Part shown: one piece after another, positions 11,790 to 25,856 of the stretch
Layout of the letters: every line of letters begins with the position of its first letter
How positions within the stretch are numbered: position 1 is the stretch's first letter
Assembly: GCA_951406725.2 (NCBI GenBank)
Contig: OX597814.1
Span: forward strand, 110,422,001-110,486,000
DNA length: 64,000 nucleotides
From: Octopus vulgaris
Taxonomy: Eukaryota
Direction of reading: 5' to 3'
The notes under the pieces: generated by a model
Databases searched by the model: none
The model's input: only the letters and a program-made list of their open reading frames with translations
Told to the model about the DNA's origin: nothing
Program-made: the position numbers and the translations under genes

Positions 11790-13090
11790 TCCCTTTGATG
11801 CCAGTGCCCCTTGACTGGCTCCCATGCCGGTGACATGTAAAAAGTACCATCCAAAAGTGGTCAATGCCAGTGCCCCAACTGGTTCCCATGCTGGAGGCAC
11901 ATAAAAAGAACCATCCGAATGTGGTCAATGCCAGGTCCGCCTGACTGGTTCCAGTGCCCGTAGCACATAAAAGCACTATCCAAACGTGATCAATGCCAGG
12001 GCCCCCTGACTGGCTCCCATGCTAGTGGCACGTAAAGTGGTTGGCATTAGGAAGGGCATCCAGCTGTAGAAACATTGCCAGATCAGATTGGAGCCTGGTG
12101 CAGCCACTGGCTTTCCAGACCTCAGTCAAATCGTCCAACCCATACCAGCATGGAAAACAGACGTTAAACGATAATGATGAGGAGCCTGATCATAAATGTT
12201 ATCCTATCCTAACACTGATTACATTCTCATCAATATCTATAAATCTGAAATCTACTTCAAATTATGAAAGATCAAACCAACCCCACACTTCTCACTACAC
12301 CCAGTTATTGCTTCTCTGAACATTCCCCCTCCCCTTCTAGGATTCCCTACCTACTCTTTGTCTTATCAGAAAATGTTGACAAACGTTTAAGTCAAACGTT
12401 AATGACATTAATTTCGCTATTCTGGGAGAGTCTGCAAGAGCAATAGCTACTACCTCTTCCTCCAAACCAAGCAATTTAAAAAAAGTAACAATCTTTAAAA
12501 TTACCTGAAGGTTTAAAAGTCATAAATTGAGTATTGAATGACATATTACAAACACAAATAAATTGTTAATTGAAGCAGTTTATATTAATTATACAAACTG
12601 GTATTGTTGTTGTTTAGCCCCAGGCCTGTTCTGACTGACAGGCTTATAATCAATGGCATTCTTTTGGTGACTATTCTCTTTGTTTTAGATGAAATGTGTC
12701 TAACACTACATTATGCAAAGTGTCCTTTCCTATTTTAAAGAGCTGTGTGAATATGAGGGATAACCAATCGTGGCCGTTGCCAGCCTCCCCTGGCAAATAA
12801 AAAGCACCATCCGTATGTGGTCGATGCCAGCGCCACTATGACTGGCTTCTGTGCCGGTGGCATGTAAAAAGCACCAACCGATCGTGGCCGTTGCCAGCTT
12901 CCCCTGGCACCTGTGCCAGTGGCACATAAAAAGCACCCACTACACTCATGGAGTGGTTGGCGTTAAGAAGGGCACCCAGCTGTAGAAACATTGCCAGATC
13001 AGACTGGAGCCTGGTGCAGCCATCTGGTTCGCCAGTCCTCAGTCAAACCCATGCCAGCATGGAAAACAGACATTAAATGATGATGATGAT
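11790..13090 (+). mobile_element. Two RTE 3'-UTR fragments (11790-12180, 12765-13090)
   Basis: Tandem GGCACRTAAAAAGCACC units followed by the conserved tail and (GAT)n. Confidence 0.8.
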
Positions 13091-15773
13091 TTCTAGTAGG
13101 TTGAATGACCATTTTAAAGACTTCACTGGATCAAACTATAAAAACTACTGATATATAATGTAACCATTGAAAGACTAAGTGAGAAAAAAAAAGAAAGAAA
13201 GAAATCAAGTGATTGGTGCATACAAGAGTGTGTTAGCATCATCATGTATTGAGAGAAATTGTATAGGAGCAGATTAGATATGTGCAAGTTTAAGAAAACT
13301 ATATTATTAGTAAATGACAGCTTGTAAATTAAACTGTGTGAATGAAGTGTTGTTGATTTGAGACATATATTGATGCTATTCAGATCATATTATAACTGCT
13401 TCTTCTGTCAACTACAAATTATACATGTGTCAAACATGATGGACCACATATTCTGTGACTCATAGAATTTATGTGGCATTGTTCTATCATTAGGTCTTTC
13501 AAAGTTAATAATAACTGGGATCACACCAGCTTCTGGGGCTTACACCCTCATCTGTTCTTAAAGCACAAGCAGTACTAAGAAGATTTGTTCAGATTTCTTG
13601 ACTGCACTGTCTCACTTGAAGAAACTTGGTAGACATTAACATCAATTAACAGAATTGAATCCAATACTTTACTGGTATTTAATTTTATCAAATCTCAGAG
13701 AGATTTAAACATTAAGGCACAACTAAATCGTGCAAGGTATTTTGTCCACGACTAATTTACTATCTTATACCATACATAACAATTATGGATATCAAATTAG
13801 TCATAAAATCTAGAAGATATTTACAGGTGATTAGTGAGAAATATATTTTCATAGTTGAATTTTTTTAACCAGAAAGATGGAATTTCATCTTAACATCTTT
13901 GACACCTTCAAAATCATTCTGAATTCCATTTTTTATATTGATTCCATACACAACTTTAATGTAACAGATTTATAAAAGTAAAAGAAATTCAGTAATGTAA
14001 GTGCCTTTTTCAAAAGTGTTAGGAATGTTAGTGCAGTCTTAATTTAAAGTCATGAAAGAAGACAAAACAACTGAATTAAGAGTAATTACACTCAGATAAA
14101 ATTCATAATATAGCTAGCTCTCCCTTTCGTCAAACATACAACTGACCCTTAATTATAAAGTAAACAGTGGGGTCTGAGTAAATTAGTGGACTGTGTCAGC
14201 TTATTATGAAAACAAGAAGTTAAAAAATGGAATAAATTGGTTTGTCCAGAAAAGGTAAAGTCTAACAATTTCAGATAGTATCCTTCATCACAGAGAGATT
14301 ATAAAAGATTTTCTGATGGTACTGAATAGAAAGAACTCCTGTTCAACAAACAGTGTGACATCCATGAAGATTTCAAGAACAAAACAAGAATGTAACCTAT
14401 TTCCATGTAAGGTAATAGTTTCCCATTACTGGACATGTTTTTGCAGATTACTGGAAATGAATGACATTCATTTACAACAACCGCACAATGTCAAGACAAG
14501 AAGATAAAAAACACACACAACAGGTTCCTATAAGTTTCCATCTACCAAATCCGCTCACACGGTATTGGTTGACCTAAAGGTTATCATAGCAGTCCAAGCT
14601 GCCATACAGTAAGACTGAATCCAAAACTATGTGGTTGGGAAGCAAACTTCTTAACCACACAATCACACCTGCACCTTTTATAAGTATACAGGTAAAGAAG
14701 TTCAATGGAGACAATATTACAAGCTTATCATTTCAGTCTCATCTTTCTTTCCTTCATTTCTTTATTTTACCTCTGTCTTCCTCAATTCAAATAATAGTCA
14801 TCCCCCACCTCAAAGCCACCATTCCCTACATCTATCCTTCAAACCCTACCCAATCTTTACAATTGTTGCCTACCTTCCATTTCTTCATTCTTTGCTCTTC
14901 TATGCACCCTTAGCAAACCCTCACCCCAATACTCTTAATAATTCTGTCAACTCACTTCTACTCACCTCATACATTGAGGAGTCACCTGGATAGCTCATCA
15001 CCATTATTTTTATTTATCTCTTTGCAGTTCCTCCTGGATAATTTCAACCTCTCTTCTAAATGCGAGTAGCCATGCAGTTCCTCTACACCAAGAACCTACT
15101 CTTGTACTTTAACCCTCACTCACTCACACAGACACCCCTAACATAAAACTGTTCCACCACCACCTCCTCAGCTTTCATAGTTTTGTGAGCTGCATGGCAA
15201 CCTTACTAATACTGGTGGTACAAAACAAAATAAAAAGGAAAAAACGCAGTCAGTACATGCAGTTTTAAAGTGGTTGGCATTAGGAAGGACATTCAGCCAT
15301 AGAAACCATGCTAAAGCAGAGAGTGGAATATGATGCAGCTCTTGGACCTACTGCATTCTATCTAATGGACCCATTTGATTCTAACCCATGCCAGCATGGA
15401 ACATGGTGATGATGTATGCATATCTACTTTGCTTTTTCCCCTTTTTCTCTGCTATTGAAATCTACTTTTATCTAACCTATTTTGATTACTTAAATATATA
15501 CAGTTTCTCATTTAGCTTATTTTGTTTAGAATGTTTTGTGTTTTTCTTTGTTTCTTTCTTTGTCACCTTTAATATTTTGCTCTTTCGTAACACTATCATG
15601 TGAATACCATATCAGAATTTATCAATATTTAATATTGATCTTCTGATATTTCTATTGAGTTTTCCTAATGACTACAGACATAAATACAAAAAAAAAACTT
15701 AATTGAAAGCCTAGAGAACAACTTGAGGACAGATATAACTTAAGAATGACATTTAACACAATATTTCTCTCTC

Positions 15774-15817
<44 letters not shown>

Positions 15818-16566
15818 ATATACATCCATGCACATTAATCTGAACAAAATTTTAAACTGCATTTTTTTTCCAGTAAGAACATCTGAACTTGTGTGACCCC
15901 ATTAGTGAAAAAAAAAGAAGAAATCATTAAAATTCCTGTTAACAATCCAAATTACAAATCATTTCAGTGGAATATACTTCATAACTTTCAATGAATTTTA
16001 TCAAATATCTTGATTTGCAGTATTTCCAAAAATAGGCAAATTTAAAAGTATGACCTATAATTATTTAAATTTTTTTAAAAAATCTATTCTCACTCAAAGC
16101 TGCAGATTTTAATTTGTTTTGCATTATCAAATATAACATTTACATGACCATTATATTTTAATATAAATCTGATGATCATCATAAAACATATGACTATCAT
16201 ATCACAAAACCTCTAAGACATTTCATATTTGACAACTCAGCATTTCTGTGTAGAATAATTCTACGGGGAAAGGTGCAGTATATAAATATGAATCAGTTAT
16301 GAGATTAAGATGTTAGACAAAGTAAAAAAACATAAGACTGGGATTTCAAACCTCTCTACAGCTGGTGTATTGGGTCCCTAGAAATGATACATAATTATAC
16401 TTATGCCTGTGTGCAAGGCAGCAGACAGCAGGTTTCACTTATGTTTCAGAAATGAATGGTAAGTAATGGAAAAGAAAAAACAAAAGCAAACTCATATATT
16501 AACAATACGTAAATCTATATTCTCAAAAATCACTTCACTCCTTCTAACAAAGAAATGGGAGCATGC

Positions 16567-16600
<34 letters not shown>

Positions 16601-16859
16601 TTATGTATATATGAATTATATCTATTTGCATAAAATATGTATATAAAAAAAAATTTTTTAATAATAAAATCTCGCTTAGTGATTCTCTCCCCTTGATAGA
16701 AGTTTCTCCCCGCCCTTCAATTTCTTATCAAACCCTATTTCTCTCTGCCTCTGAGGCTGAAAACAACCACAGGGGACAACAGCAGCAACAAAGGTGGTTA
16801 CCAGTTACATTTTACACACACACACACATGTATATTTACATATACTCTTATTCTTATAT

Positions 16860-17230
16860 TTGTTTCAGTCATTTGACTGTGGCCACTCTGGAGCACTGCC
16901 TTTAGTCGAGCAAATCGACCCAAGAACATTCTTTGTAAGCCTAGTACTTATTCTATCAGTCTCTTTTGCTGAACAGCTATGTTACAGGGACATAAACACA
17001 CCAACATCGGTTGTCAAGTGATGGTGGCAGGGACAAACACAAGCACACACACACATATATATACACAACAGACTTCTTTCAGTTTCCATCTACCAAATCC
17101 ACTCACAAGGCTTTGGTTGGCCCAAGGCTATAGTAGAAGACATTTGCCCAAGGTGCCACACAGTGGGCCTGAACCCAGAACCATGTGGTTGGTAAGCAAG
17201 CTACTTACCACACAACCACACCTGTACCTA
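16860..17230 (-). mobile_element. tRNA-derived SINE (major family)
   Basis: Reverse complement of the 21514-21925 copy. Confidence 0.85.
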
Positions 17231-17269
17231 TAAACATAGCCATATATGTTATGTGATGACCTGTCAAAC

Positions 17270-17848
17270 CAAGTGATATCATAGTTGTGGTTGACACCAG
17301 TGTCGGCTGACTGGCACCTATGCTGGTGACACATAAAAAGCACCATTCAAGTCATTGGGCCTCATGGAGGCAGTGACATCAAGTCAATGAGATCGTAGTC
17401 ATAGCCAATGCCAGTATTGTGCAACTGGCCTGTTAAAAACATCCTTCAATCATTGGGTAATATGCTATACTTGGGAAGGCTTGTTGAACCAAGTGAAATC
17501 ATAGTCGTGGCCAATGCCAGTGCCATCTGACTGGTACCCATGAACTGTTCGAGTATTGGGCCTCATGGAGGTAGTGACAGGTGAACAAGACCCTTGGCAA
17601 TATACCATGCTTATGTAGACCTGTCAAGCCAAGTGAGACCATAGTCGTGGCCAATGCCAGTGTGGGGTCAATGACACCTGTGCTGTGCTGTCAAACATTA
17701 AAAAACCCATTACACTCTCAGAGTGGTTGGCATTAGGAAGGGCATCCAGCCAAATCAAATTGGAACCTGGTGCACCCCACCCCAGTTTTCAAACTGTCCA
17801 ACCCATGCCAGCATGTAAAGCAGACATTAAATGATGATGATGATGATA
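17270..17848 (+). mobile_element. RTE 3'-UTR fragment with degenerate tandem units
   Basis: Repeated CAAGTGAnATCATAGTCGTGGCCAATGCCAGT units followed by the conserved tail. Confidence 0.75.
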
Positions 17849-17871
17849 ACTGTGTGTGTATATATATATAT

Positions 17872-18416
17872 AGATGAGAAAGTTGGTTTGTGAAAGCACG
17901 TGGTTGAATATATAGAAAATAGTAAAAAGTGAAAAAACTACAGAAGGCTTGTTTTAAAAGGTTAAAAAATATATATTTGAGTCAATATGTCTGAAGAATA
18001 TTATAAATTTTTTTCTTACAATGACATAGTTTAGAAGAAATGACCGGTTTCGCGTTTAGCTTTTCAAATTTCTTACAGCGTTATGTTTATGTTGAGAAGA
18101 GTTCTAGATAAGGGGAGGTAATAAGTGATTTCTTCCGGTGTAAGGGAGATAATCGCTTAAAATTTTTTGTCTTTCCTTTGGAGTGAATTTCTCTGTATAA
18201 GTATGTTGGAATGGTTAAGTCTGGGCTTGTACTTTTCAATGAAGAATGTTTCCTTGTTTAGTCTAATTTGTGTTGGTGTTCCGATAGCACATTGGTAAAA
18301 TGGAAAGATTAAAAATTGTGGTAGTAGTTGCTTTGCGCATTTCTCAATGTGCTCACTAAAAGGTATCATTCTGTATTCTGGGAATGCAATCTGTTGTCGA
18401 TGCAGTGTGCATCTAC

Positions 18417-18418
<2 letters not shown>
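17872..18418 (-). mobile_element. Penelope-like element 3' remnant (GIY-YIG C-terminus and 3' UTR)
   Basis: ORF 18157-18468 contains HIEKC...IRLNKETFFIEKYKPRLN, a GIY-YIG E...P.LN-type ending; hammerhead motif downstream; flanked by (TA)n. Confidence 0.75.
18035..18074 (-). ncRNA. Minimal type-I hammerhead motif (U3-A8 core)
   Basis: AAGAAAT-TTGAAAA-GC taaac GC-GAAAC-CG-GTC-ATTTCTT, with a perfect 7-bp stem I. Confidence 0.7.
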
Positions 18419-18472
<54 letters not shown>

Positions 18473-21400
18473 TGTACTGGGTGCGTTTTTCATGGTACCA
18501 ACACTAGTGAGGTTACCAAGACAAAGAAGTTTCTCAACCAAGTGAGGTTGTAGTAATGGAGGTGGTATGTGGATGTTGTAATGCTAAAATATGAGAGAGA
18601 TAGGCACAGCTATCTTGCAGGGCTATATTACAAGACATGAGAGTGAGTGGGAGTAGCTGGAAGGAAAATAAGGTATTGATGACAAAGTATCTGAGCATGC
18701 TCTCAAGGTACATGAAGGCAAGTATAAAAGAGTATACAAATTGAGGATAGGGAGGTTGGATGGATAAGTTCATAGGAATGCAAGGGGACAGTGACAGGTG
18801 GCTAGAAATAGGGTAGAGGTTAACACAGTAAATGATGTACAAGGGAAAGGTATGGTTGCTGGTAAATTTCAGTATGGGGGAGAAGGTAAGAGAAATAGCT
18901 CAGGAAGGAGATGATAATTAACAATACAAGCAACTGTAGATAGATAAGAAAATAAGGGAGAGTGGGTGAAATACAGAGATATATGGGGACACAGATGAAG
19001 GTCAGAGGTACAGAATGGTGGCTCTAGTGAGTTGGTGGGGGGGGGACAAAAGTAGGAGACATTAACAGTTAAGAAGAGAAGGTATTGAGAATGATGGCAG
19101 GTATACAAGAATGTTAAAGATGACAAGTGATTCCAAGGAACGGAGGGAAGGGGGGTAACTAGCAGCACAAAGGAGAAAAAATATGTACATCTTCTGCTGT
19201 CATGATTACAACAGCTGAATAGTATCACTGTTAGAAGAGTGATAGAGCGATGGGTGTTAGGAAAATGAAAGTAGAGAAAAACTTGATGGGGATAGACTGA
19301 ACACAGGGGAAGAGACTAATAAGTGTATAGACATAAACCTAATGCTTTTAGGACCTCACTTTTGCTGTGGCACCCAACTGTAGTAACCTATGCTTGTATG
19401 AAAAAAAAACAGGCATAATGTACAAATATGTAGATACATATAACAAATATAACATAAGCATTCAAAACAGATATATCACTGTCCTGTAATCTACACATTT
19501 TGATCTTTCACCAAACATATTGTAGTTAATATATTATAGAATATTAATGGTGTTATTGGTGATGTCCAACATCAAATACTGAATATTTTAATATAAAGTA
19601 GATAGTTTGGCATGGCATACACGCAAAAACAATGTATAGATGCAGATAAAATTTCTAAAATCAATAGTGATGACGTATTTTGAATTTCTGCAGAAATCAA
19701 TAACAGTGAATAATGTTGTCACGCTAATTGGATCGTTATATAAGATAAATTACATCATTATCAAGATAACAACTAGCAATATCACTTTATGTTATTCGTG
19801 AAACAAACAAACAAAAAAACACTTTCACCTGTGATATTTCCTTTAAGAAATAAAAATGAATATTTCATTGATTCTTTACCTCATTTATATTTATGAAATA
19901 ACATATTTGGCATCACTTGTTGATTGATATAGAAGAGAACAATGATGTCCAAAACAAACAATGGTCACTACGGGATTCCATAAAAACCAAACAGGTCAAG
20001 TATTGAAACAAACTGATCACTACAAGATACCAGAGAACAATGAGATCCATTATCGGAATAAGTAGTGATCACTACAGGACACTAATGAACAAAGTGCTCA
20101 AGTATGAAAAGAAACAGTGGCAGCTACAAAACATTGTAGTCAAATAACACCTAAAGAACATTCTGTTAGACTCAACATAGTTTGGACCACCAAAGATGTC
20201 ACCACTAAAAGACTTGACTTGCCACTTAACATTACCTCAAGAGGATGACTAAAGAATGTAGCAACAGCTTACAGCTCTTTGGAGATCAATGTGAAGGTGG
20301 AAAGAAGCTGACTCATTTAATAACATTGAAATCTAAGACAGAAACAAACGAACAATAAGTAGCATAAATATCATCTTGTAGTTTAATGACATTAATACAT
20401 CTTGTAACTGCTTTGTATTTATAGAGAGAACATATGTAATCTTTCATCCAGACATTATCAATGTAGTGTAAACAAAACATTTTATATATGGGAATGTCAT
20501 TCCTGGACTGGGTGGCACATTGTGTCTTGAGAAAGTGAGTTCTTTTCATGTTGCTCAAGTCTGCTAAACCAAAAATGAACACCATCTAGTGCAGCCAAAC
20601 CCTGCCCCTCTCTCTCTTTCTCTCTCTCTCCAGTAATCACAGCTGAATGTTTCATAAGATTAAATGCTTAGATCTGCCTGCAACAATGTAGGTACCTAAA
20701 ACGATTCAGTCATGCTCACTTATGTGTGTAATGATTTGGTTTTAAAATGGAATCAATAGTTTATTTTTATTTATCAAGTTAAAACAAAAATATATTCTTT
20801 ATATTTGTGTTAATTTCAATATATTGGTTAGAATTGTCCAGATCAACAAATTCAAACATTTATATCAGTGCTTGTTAGGTCAATATAATTAGTATCAATC
20901 AAATAGATCAGTGATATTTAATGAGATTGAATAAAACGCGAAAAATCATAAAATTGATATTTATAAATTCTACACCCATCACCACAAGAGTAAAGTGGTG
21001 CAGATATTGGCATTCTTGTTGACTTCATGACGAGTCACTCCACACTTTCAAAGATCTGGAGAATAAAGATATCCCTTAACTATAAAAAGAGAAGGCTGGT
21101 GACAGGAAGTACATCCAGTCATAAATCCTTTCTTAAATTTCCAGTGTGCATATAATCTGTTGTGTGAGCATGCTGACATTGCACATCCAGCAGAGGACAC
21201 TAGATTCATTCCTTTCTAGTCTTGACACATCCACTGCATTCAAGGCTCACATTACTGTTTGTACAGAAGTCTCATACAATTTGTTTTTCACTCTGAGAAA
21301 GAGAGAGAGAGACCGTTCATTGTTCTACTGAGAATCAAATATGATTTCCAAGAAACTACTGATTACAAAGAAGTAGAGATTATTTTAAAACCAGGGTGAG

Positions 21401-21513
21401 CATGTGAAAATGAAGCCAGTAATGGATTTGCTCTTTCATCAATTGATGACACGACTAGTGAAAAGAAACTGTCAGTCGGTCAATATGGTAATTGCTAGGA
21501 AGAAAGAGGAAAG

Positions 21514-21925
21514 AGGCGCAGGAGTGGCTGTGTGGTAAGTAGCTTGCTAACCAACCACATGGTTCCGGGTTCAGTCCCACTGCGTGGCATCTTGGGCAAG
21601 TGTCTTCTGCTATCGCCCCGGGCCGACCAATGCCTTGTGAGTGGATTTGGTAGACGGAAACTGAAGGAAGCCTGTCGTATATATGTATATATATATATAT
21701 GTATGTGTGTGTGTTTGTGTGTCTGTGTTTGTCCCCCTAGCATTGCTTGACAACCGATGCTGGTGTGCTTATGTCCCCGTCACTTAGCGGTTCGGCAAAA
21801 AGAGACCGATAGAATAAGTACTGGGCTTACAAAGAATAAGTCCCAGGGTCGATTTGCTTGACTAAAGGCGGTGCTCCAGCATGGCCACAGTCAAATGACT
21901 GAAACAAGTAAATGAGTAAATGAGT
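21514..21925 (+). mobile_element. Full-length tRNA-derived SINE (major family)
   Basis: A box TGGCTGTGTGG, B box GGTTCAGTCCC, internal (TA)/(TG) tract, tail GGTGCTCCAGCATGGCCACAGTCAAATGACTGAAAC plus short repeats. Partial copies near 6355, 9790, 14520, 22500, 49315, 50570 and 59113. Confidence 0.9.
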
Positions 21926-22468
21926 ATATGAACTAAAGTAATAAGACGTGACGAATGTTATGATTTACATAAATTAATAAAATTACAGATAACTGATATG
22001 AGTCGGTTATCTATAGTTTTAATAAATGTTAAAATATTATTACAAAGAAAAAAAAAACGCCCATGCGGTGCCATGTAAAAGCACCAGCTCACTCTGTGAA
22101 GTGATAGGCATTAGTAAGAGCCATAGAAACCATGCCACATTAGACTGGAACCTGGTGCAGCTACCCAGCACCAGTCAAACCGTCCGACCTATGCCAGCAT
22201 GGTCAATGGATATTGAATGATGATGAAAAAATGTTACTGACATCATCATCAAACTTTAACATGCACTTTTCCATGTTTCCATGGGTCAGATCGAATTTGT
22301 TGAGGCAGATTTTCTACAGCCAGATGCCCCTTTTCTAGGCAAGCAAGGTAATATTTTCCTCTAGGCAGACACATTTTTCATGGAATAGAAACGAACATTA
22401 CTTATATGACAGTGATGCTTGCTTACAACTATCATGTGATGTATAGACAAGAGTATACACAAAAGCAC

Positions 22469-22503
<35 letters not shown>

Positions 22504-23203
22504 CAAGCTTCTTTTTTCAGTTTCCATCTAACATATCCATTCACAAGGCTTTGGTGGGCATGAAATTGAACCCGAGATCACATGGTTGGGAAGTCAGCTT
22601 CTTAACCACTCAGCCACACCTGCATCTGTTACATATCATGCAAAACTAGACTAGCACCAATTTTATATAAACTTCCTTCACAGTCTAATATATGTATAAA
22701 TTGTGTTATAAAATGTATAATATGAAGGTGTATAATTAATTTGCAAAGTTAATACACTGCCCACTAATTTTATGGGAGAGAGTTTAAGTCTTACTAATAG
22801 ATATACTGAGTTGTAAAATGTGCATAATTATGTTTGCTCCAATGATGGGCTAATGGTTGTCATGTTAATGAGTGAAGGTTTGGCAATCAGACAAGAGTAA
22901 AGAAGAATATCCAATATAAGCCACCCTTTACTTGAAAGTATAGGAAAATGCATGTAAAACAGTATAAAATAAATTACTTCAACCTGTCTACATAATAATC
23001 TTAAATAGGTTGTACACACCTGAATGTGCAATAGTAGGCCTGAGTTGATTCTAAAGAGAACTGAACTCACAACAGTCCATTTACAGATCATGTCTTAACT
23101 TTGGTTTTAATGTAAAACATTTCAATGCCACATTTCATAATATACAATGTATAATTAATTTAAACACACAATGATGATTAACTTTAATTACAGGAAAACT
23201 TAC

Positions 23204-23293
23204 TTCAACTGAGCAAGTTCTTTAATTAAATCTTTTACTATTTTGGTTCCATCATTTTCAATCTCTTTAGTCTGTGGTTGCAGGAATAGCTTT
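23204..23293 (-). CDS. BRME1: BRME1-like gene coding exon 5 (90 nt)
   Basis: TTTTACAG acceptor and GTAAGT donor; phase 2 to 2; encodes KLFLQPQTKEIENDGTKIVKDLIKELAQL(N). Confidence 0.88.
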
Positions 23294-23889
23294 CTGTAAA
23301 ATAAAAATAATCTTTTTCTTATTTCAAAATGAAAATAAATATTGTAATCATTAATTTAGAAGAAAATGATAAATAATAAGTTTAACATCAGTAAGGCCAA
23401 TATTTGTAGGTAAAATGTGAGCAGAGAAGTTTCCAGAGGATTGAGGTTCTAGAAAGTGAGTAGTATAAATTTCTGCATGTCAGATACAAAAAGGATAAAG
23501 AAAAATGGAAAGGCAGGTACATCAGATGGCCTTGCGTGAGGGTTCCACACAGAGGAGTAGAAATGGAAACTGTATAAGTCCAAAGAGACAAAGAACACAT
23601 CACATTGATAGGATAATGGTTGGTGAGTATATATTTAGCAATTAGACAGGTTTGCCTATATTTTTTAGTTTTTTTTTTTTTGTATGAGGCTTAGAAAATC
23701 TGATGCAATCTAAAACAAAAGTTGACAGTTGTACTGAATACGTAACCAATAAGGAGACAAGAAGTATGTTATTGTCTTTATCGATGAAATAAACAACAAA
23801 AATGTTTTTCACCATCATATACATAAGTGTATGTGTGCACACGGAAGTGTGTTTGTACATGCATGTGTGCACACAAGTGTGCATGTGAG

Positions 23890-24205
23890 TGCATGTGGAA
23901 GTGTGTCTATGTGTGTGTGCATGTAGAAGTGTGTCTATGTGTGTGCATGTAGAAGTGTGTCTATGTGTGTGCATGCAGAAGTGTGTCTATGTGTGTGCAT
24001 GCAGAAGTGTGTCTATGTGTGTGCATGCAGAAGTGTGTCTATGTGTATGCATGCAGAAGTGTGTCTATGTGTGTGCATGCCGAAGTGCGTCTATGTGTGT
24101 GCATGCAGAAGTGTGTCTATGTGTGTGCATGCCGAAGTGCGTCTATGTGTGTGCATGCAGAAGTGTGTCTATGTGTGTGCATGCAGAAGTGTGTCTATGT
24201 GTGTG
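23890..24205. repeat. 26-bp minisatellite (GCAGAAGTGTGTCTATGTGTGTGCAT), about 12 copies
   Basis: Direct reading; grades into (TG)n-like sequence on both sides. Confidence 0.95.
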
Positions 24206-25771
24206 AGTGTGTGTGTGAGCGTGTGAGTTTGTGCGAGTGAGTGTGTGTGAGTGTGAGAGCGCGCATGCGCGCCTGGAAGTAGTATATATGCTTGTCCTAA
24301 GATTTGTGGTTTTATAGCTAATTGTTATTATTCCTTGAGCTTCCACAGTTTCTGTTTAGCCAAGGTAGAAAGCAGTGGAATTGAACCTGAAACTGCAAAG
24401 TTGCAAAGTGAACTTCTTACCCACATATTGGTTCAAAAGTAATTATTGTTGGATTGCTTTGCTAGCTTCTATTTTTTTATTTTTTTTTTTACTTGGAGCT
24501 GCAACCATAACTGCAGGGTCTCAGAGACAGGTGGAGAAAAAGAAAGCAACCACGACTAACGGGTTGCAGCAGTAGCAAGCTGCACCTAGATTGGAGATCT
24601 GGTCTGAATCTTTGCAATAGAGTGGACTTTGCTAAAGATACACAAGAGGTAGGTCATCATCACGGTCATCATTTAATGTCCATGTTTCATAGTGGCATGG
24701 GTTAGATGGTTTGACAGTATCTGATGGGTCCAAGGACTATATTGTGCTCCACTGTCTATCTTATCAAGATGTTTTTCTTATTACCAACCACTTTATAGTG
24801 TGTACTGGGTGCTATTTTTCATGTCACTAGTACTAATGAGGTTACCATGCAGCTTGCAAGACTACAAACAACCAGATTTGGTGGGAGGCCTTTATGCTAG
24901 GAAATGAGGGATTACGATATGGGAAAAAACCCAGAGTAGAACACATTTCTTGCTGTATTTGAGCAACCTGGTTACTTAGATGTTAGAAGAAATGTGAATA
25001 ATGGTGATGAGGTGTCTGTATGAACCCTGAAAGTGTGAAGTGGATAGCAAAGAGTGAAGACAGAGAAACCAAAAGTGTGGGTGGATAGAGGTCGCAAGAG
25101 AGAGAGAGTGAGAGATGGGGAATAGGCAAGGGATATGCGAATCTAATGAATGAAGAATAAATGTTGAGGGATGGATGTAATGAATGGTAGATGTGGTTGG
25201 GGTTTGTCCAATGATCCATGGGAGTGAAGAGTAGCAGAATAGTAATGTTGGTATAGTAGACAGGAGAAGAAAGATGAGAGAGGGAGATGACATGGTAGGA
25301 TAGGTTGCCAAAATGTTGGTCGTGGGAAAGAAAAGCAGGCATAGTGTAACAGACAAAGGTTGAGAGGCATATAGTGGTGGAGAAGGAGAGATAATTTGGT
25401 AGTTCAGTGGGATGATCAATGTAAAATGTGGTTGAAGAGAACAGTATAAAGTTGTGAACAGCGGTATTAAACTGGATGACAGTTTAAATCTACTATTGAA
25501 TAAGTTTTTGATAAATACAGTGTAGACTGGGGCTGTTTCATATCACGTTATAAAAAGCAATTAAATCAAATTGAATTTATTGATGGTTAAATTAGAATTT
25601 AATAGTGAATACATCTTTACAATTAAATAAAGTATTAGCTTAAATATTAAAAAGGTATACGAAAGAGTACACGGGAAAGGTTATAAATATGGACACACAT
25701 CACAATATAATCCTCTTTCACAGATCTTTAATATTCGCAAATATTCATAAATGTTAATAAAATTCCATTAC

Positions 25772-25856
25772 CCTTTATCAGAGAATTGTTCATTATCTGA
25801 CAGCTCAGAAACACAGATCTGGGAATCTGTTAAATCCATATCATCAAATATATTAT
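25772..25856 (-). CDS. BRME1: BRME1-like gene coding exon 4 (85 nt)
   Basis: TTACAG acceptor and GTAATG donor; phase 1 to 2; encodes (D)NIFDDMDLTDSQICVSELSDNEQFSDK(G). Confidence 0.85.

Noticed and set aside
21870-21905. SINE tail stem-loop followed by GAAAC as a hammerhead
   Set aside because: No CUGANGA-type core upstream and no stem I or III.
23642-24346. Cys/Val/His-rich ORFs here and at 36072-36520, 52950-53287 and 62811-63386
   Set aside because: Translations of mini- and microsatellites that happen to lack stops.
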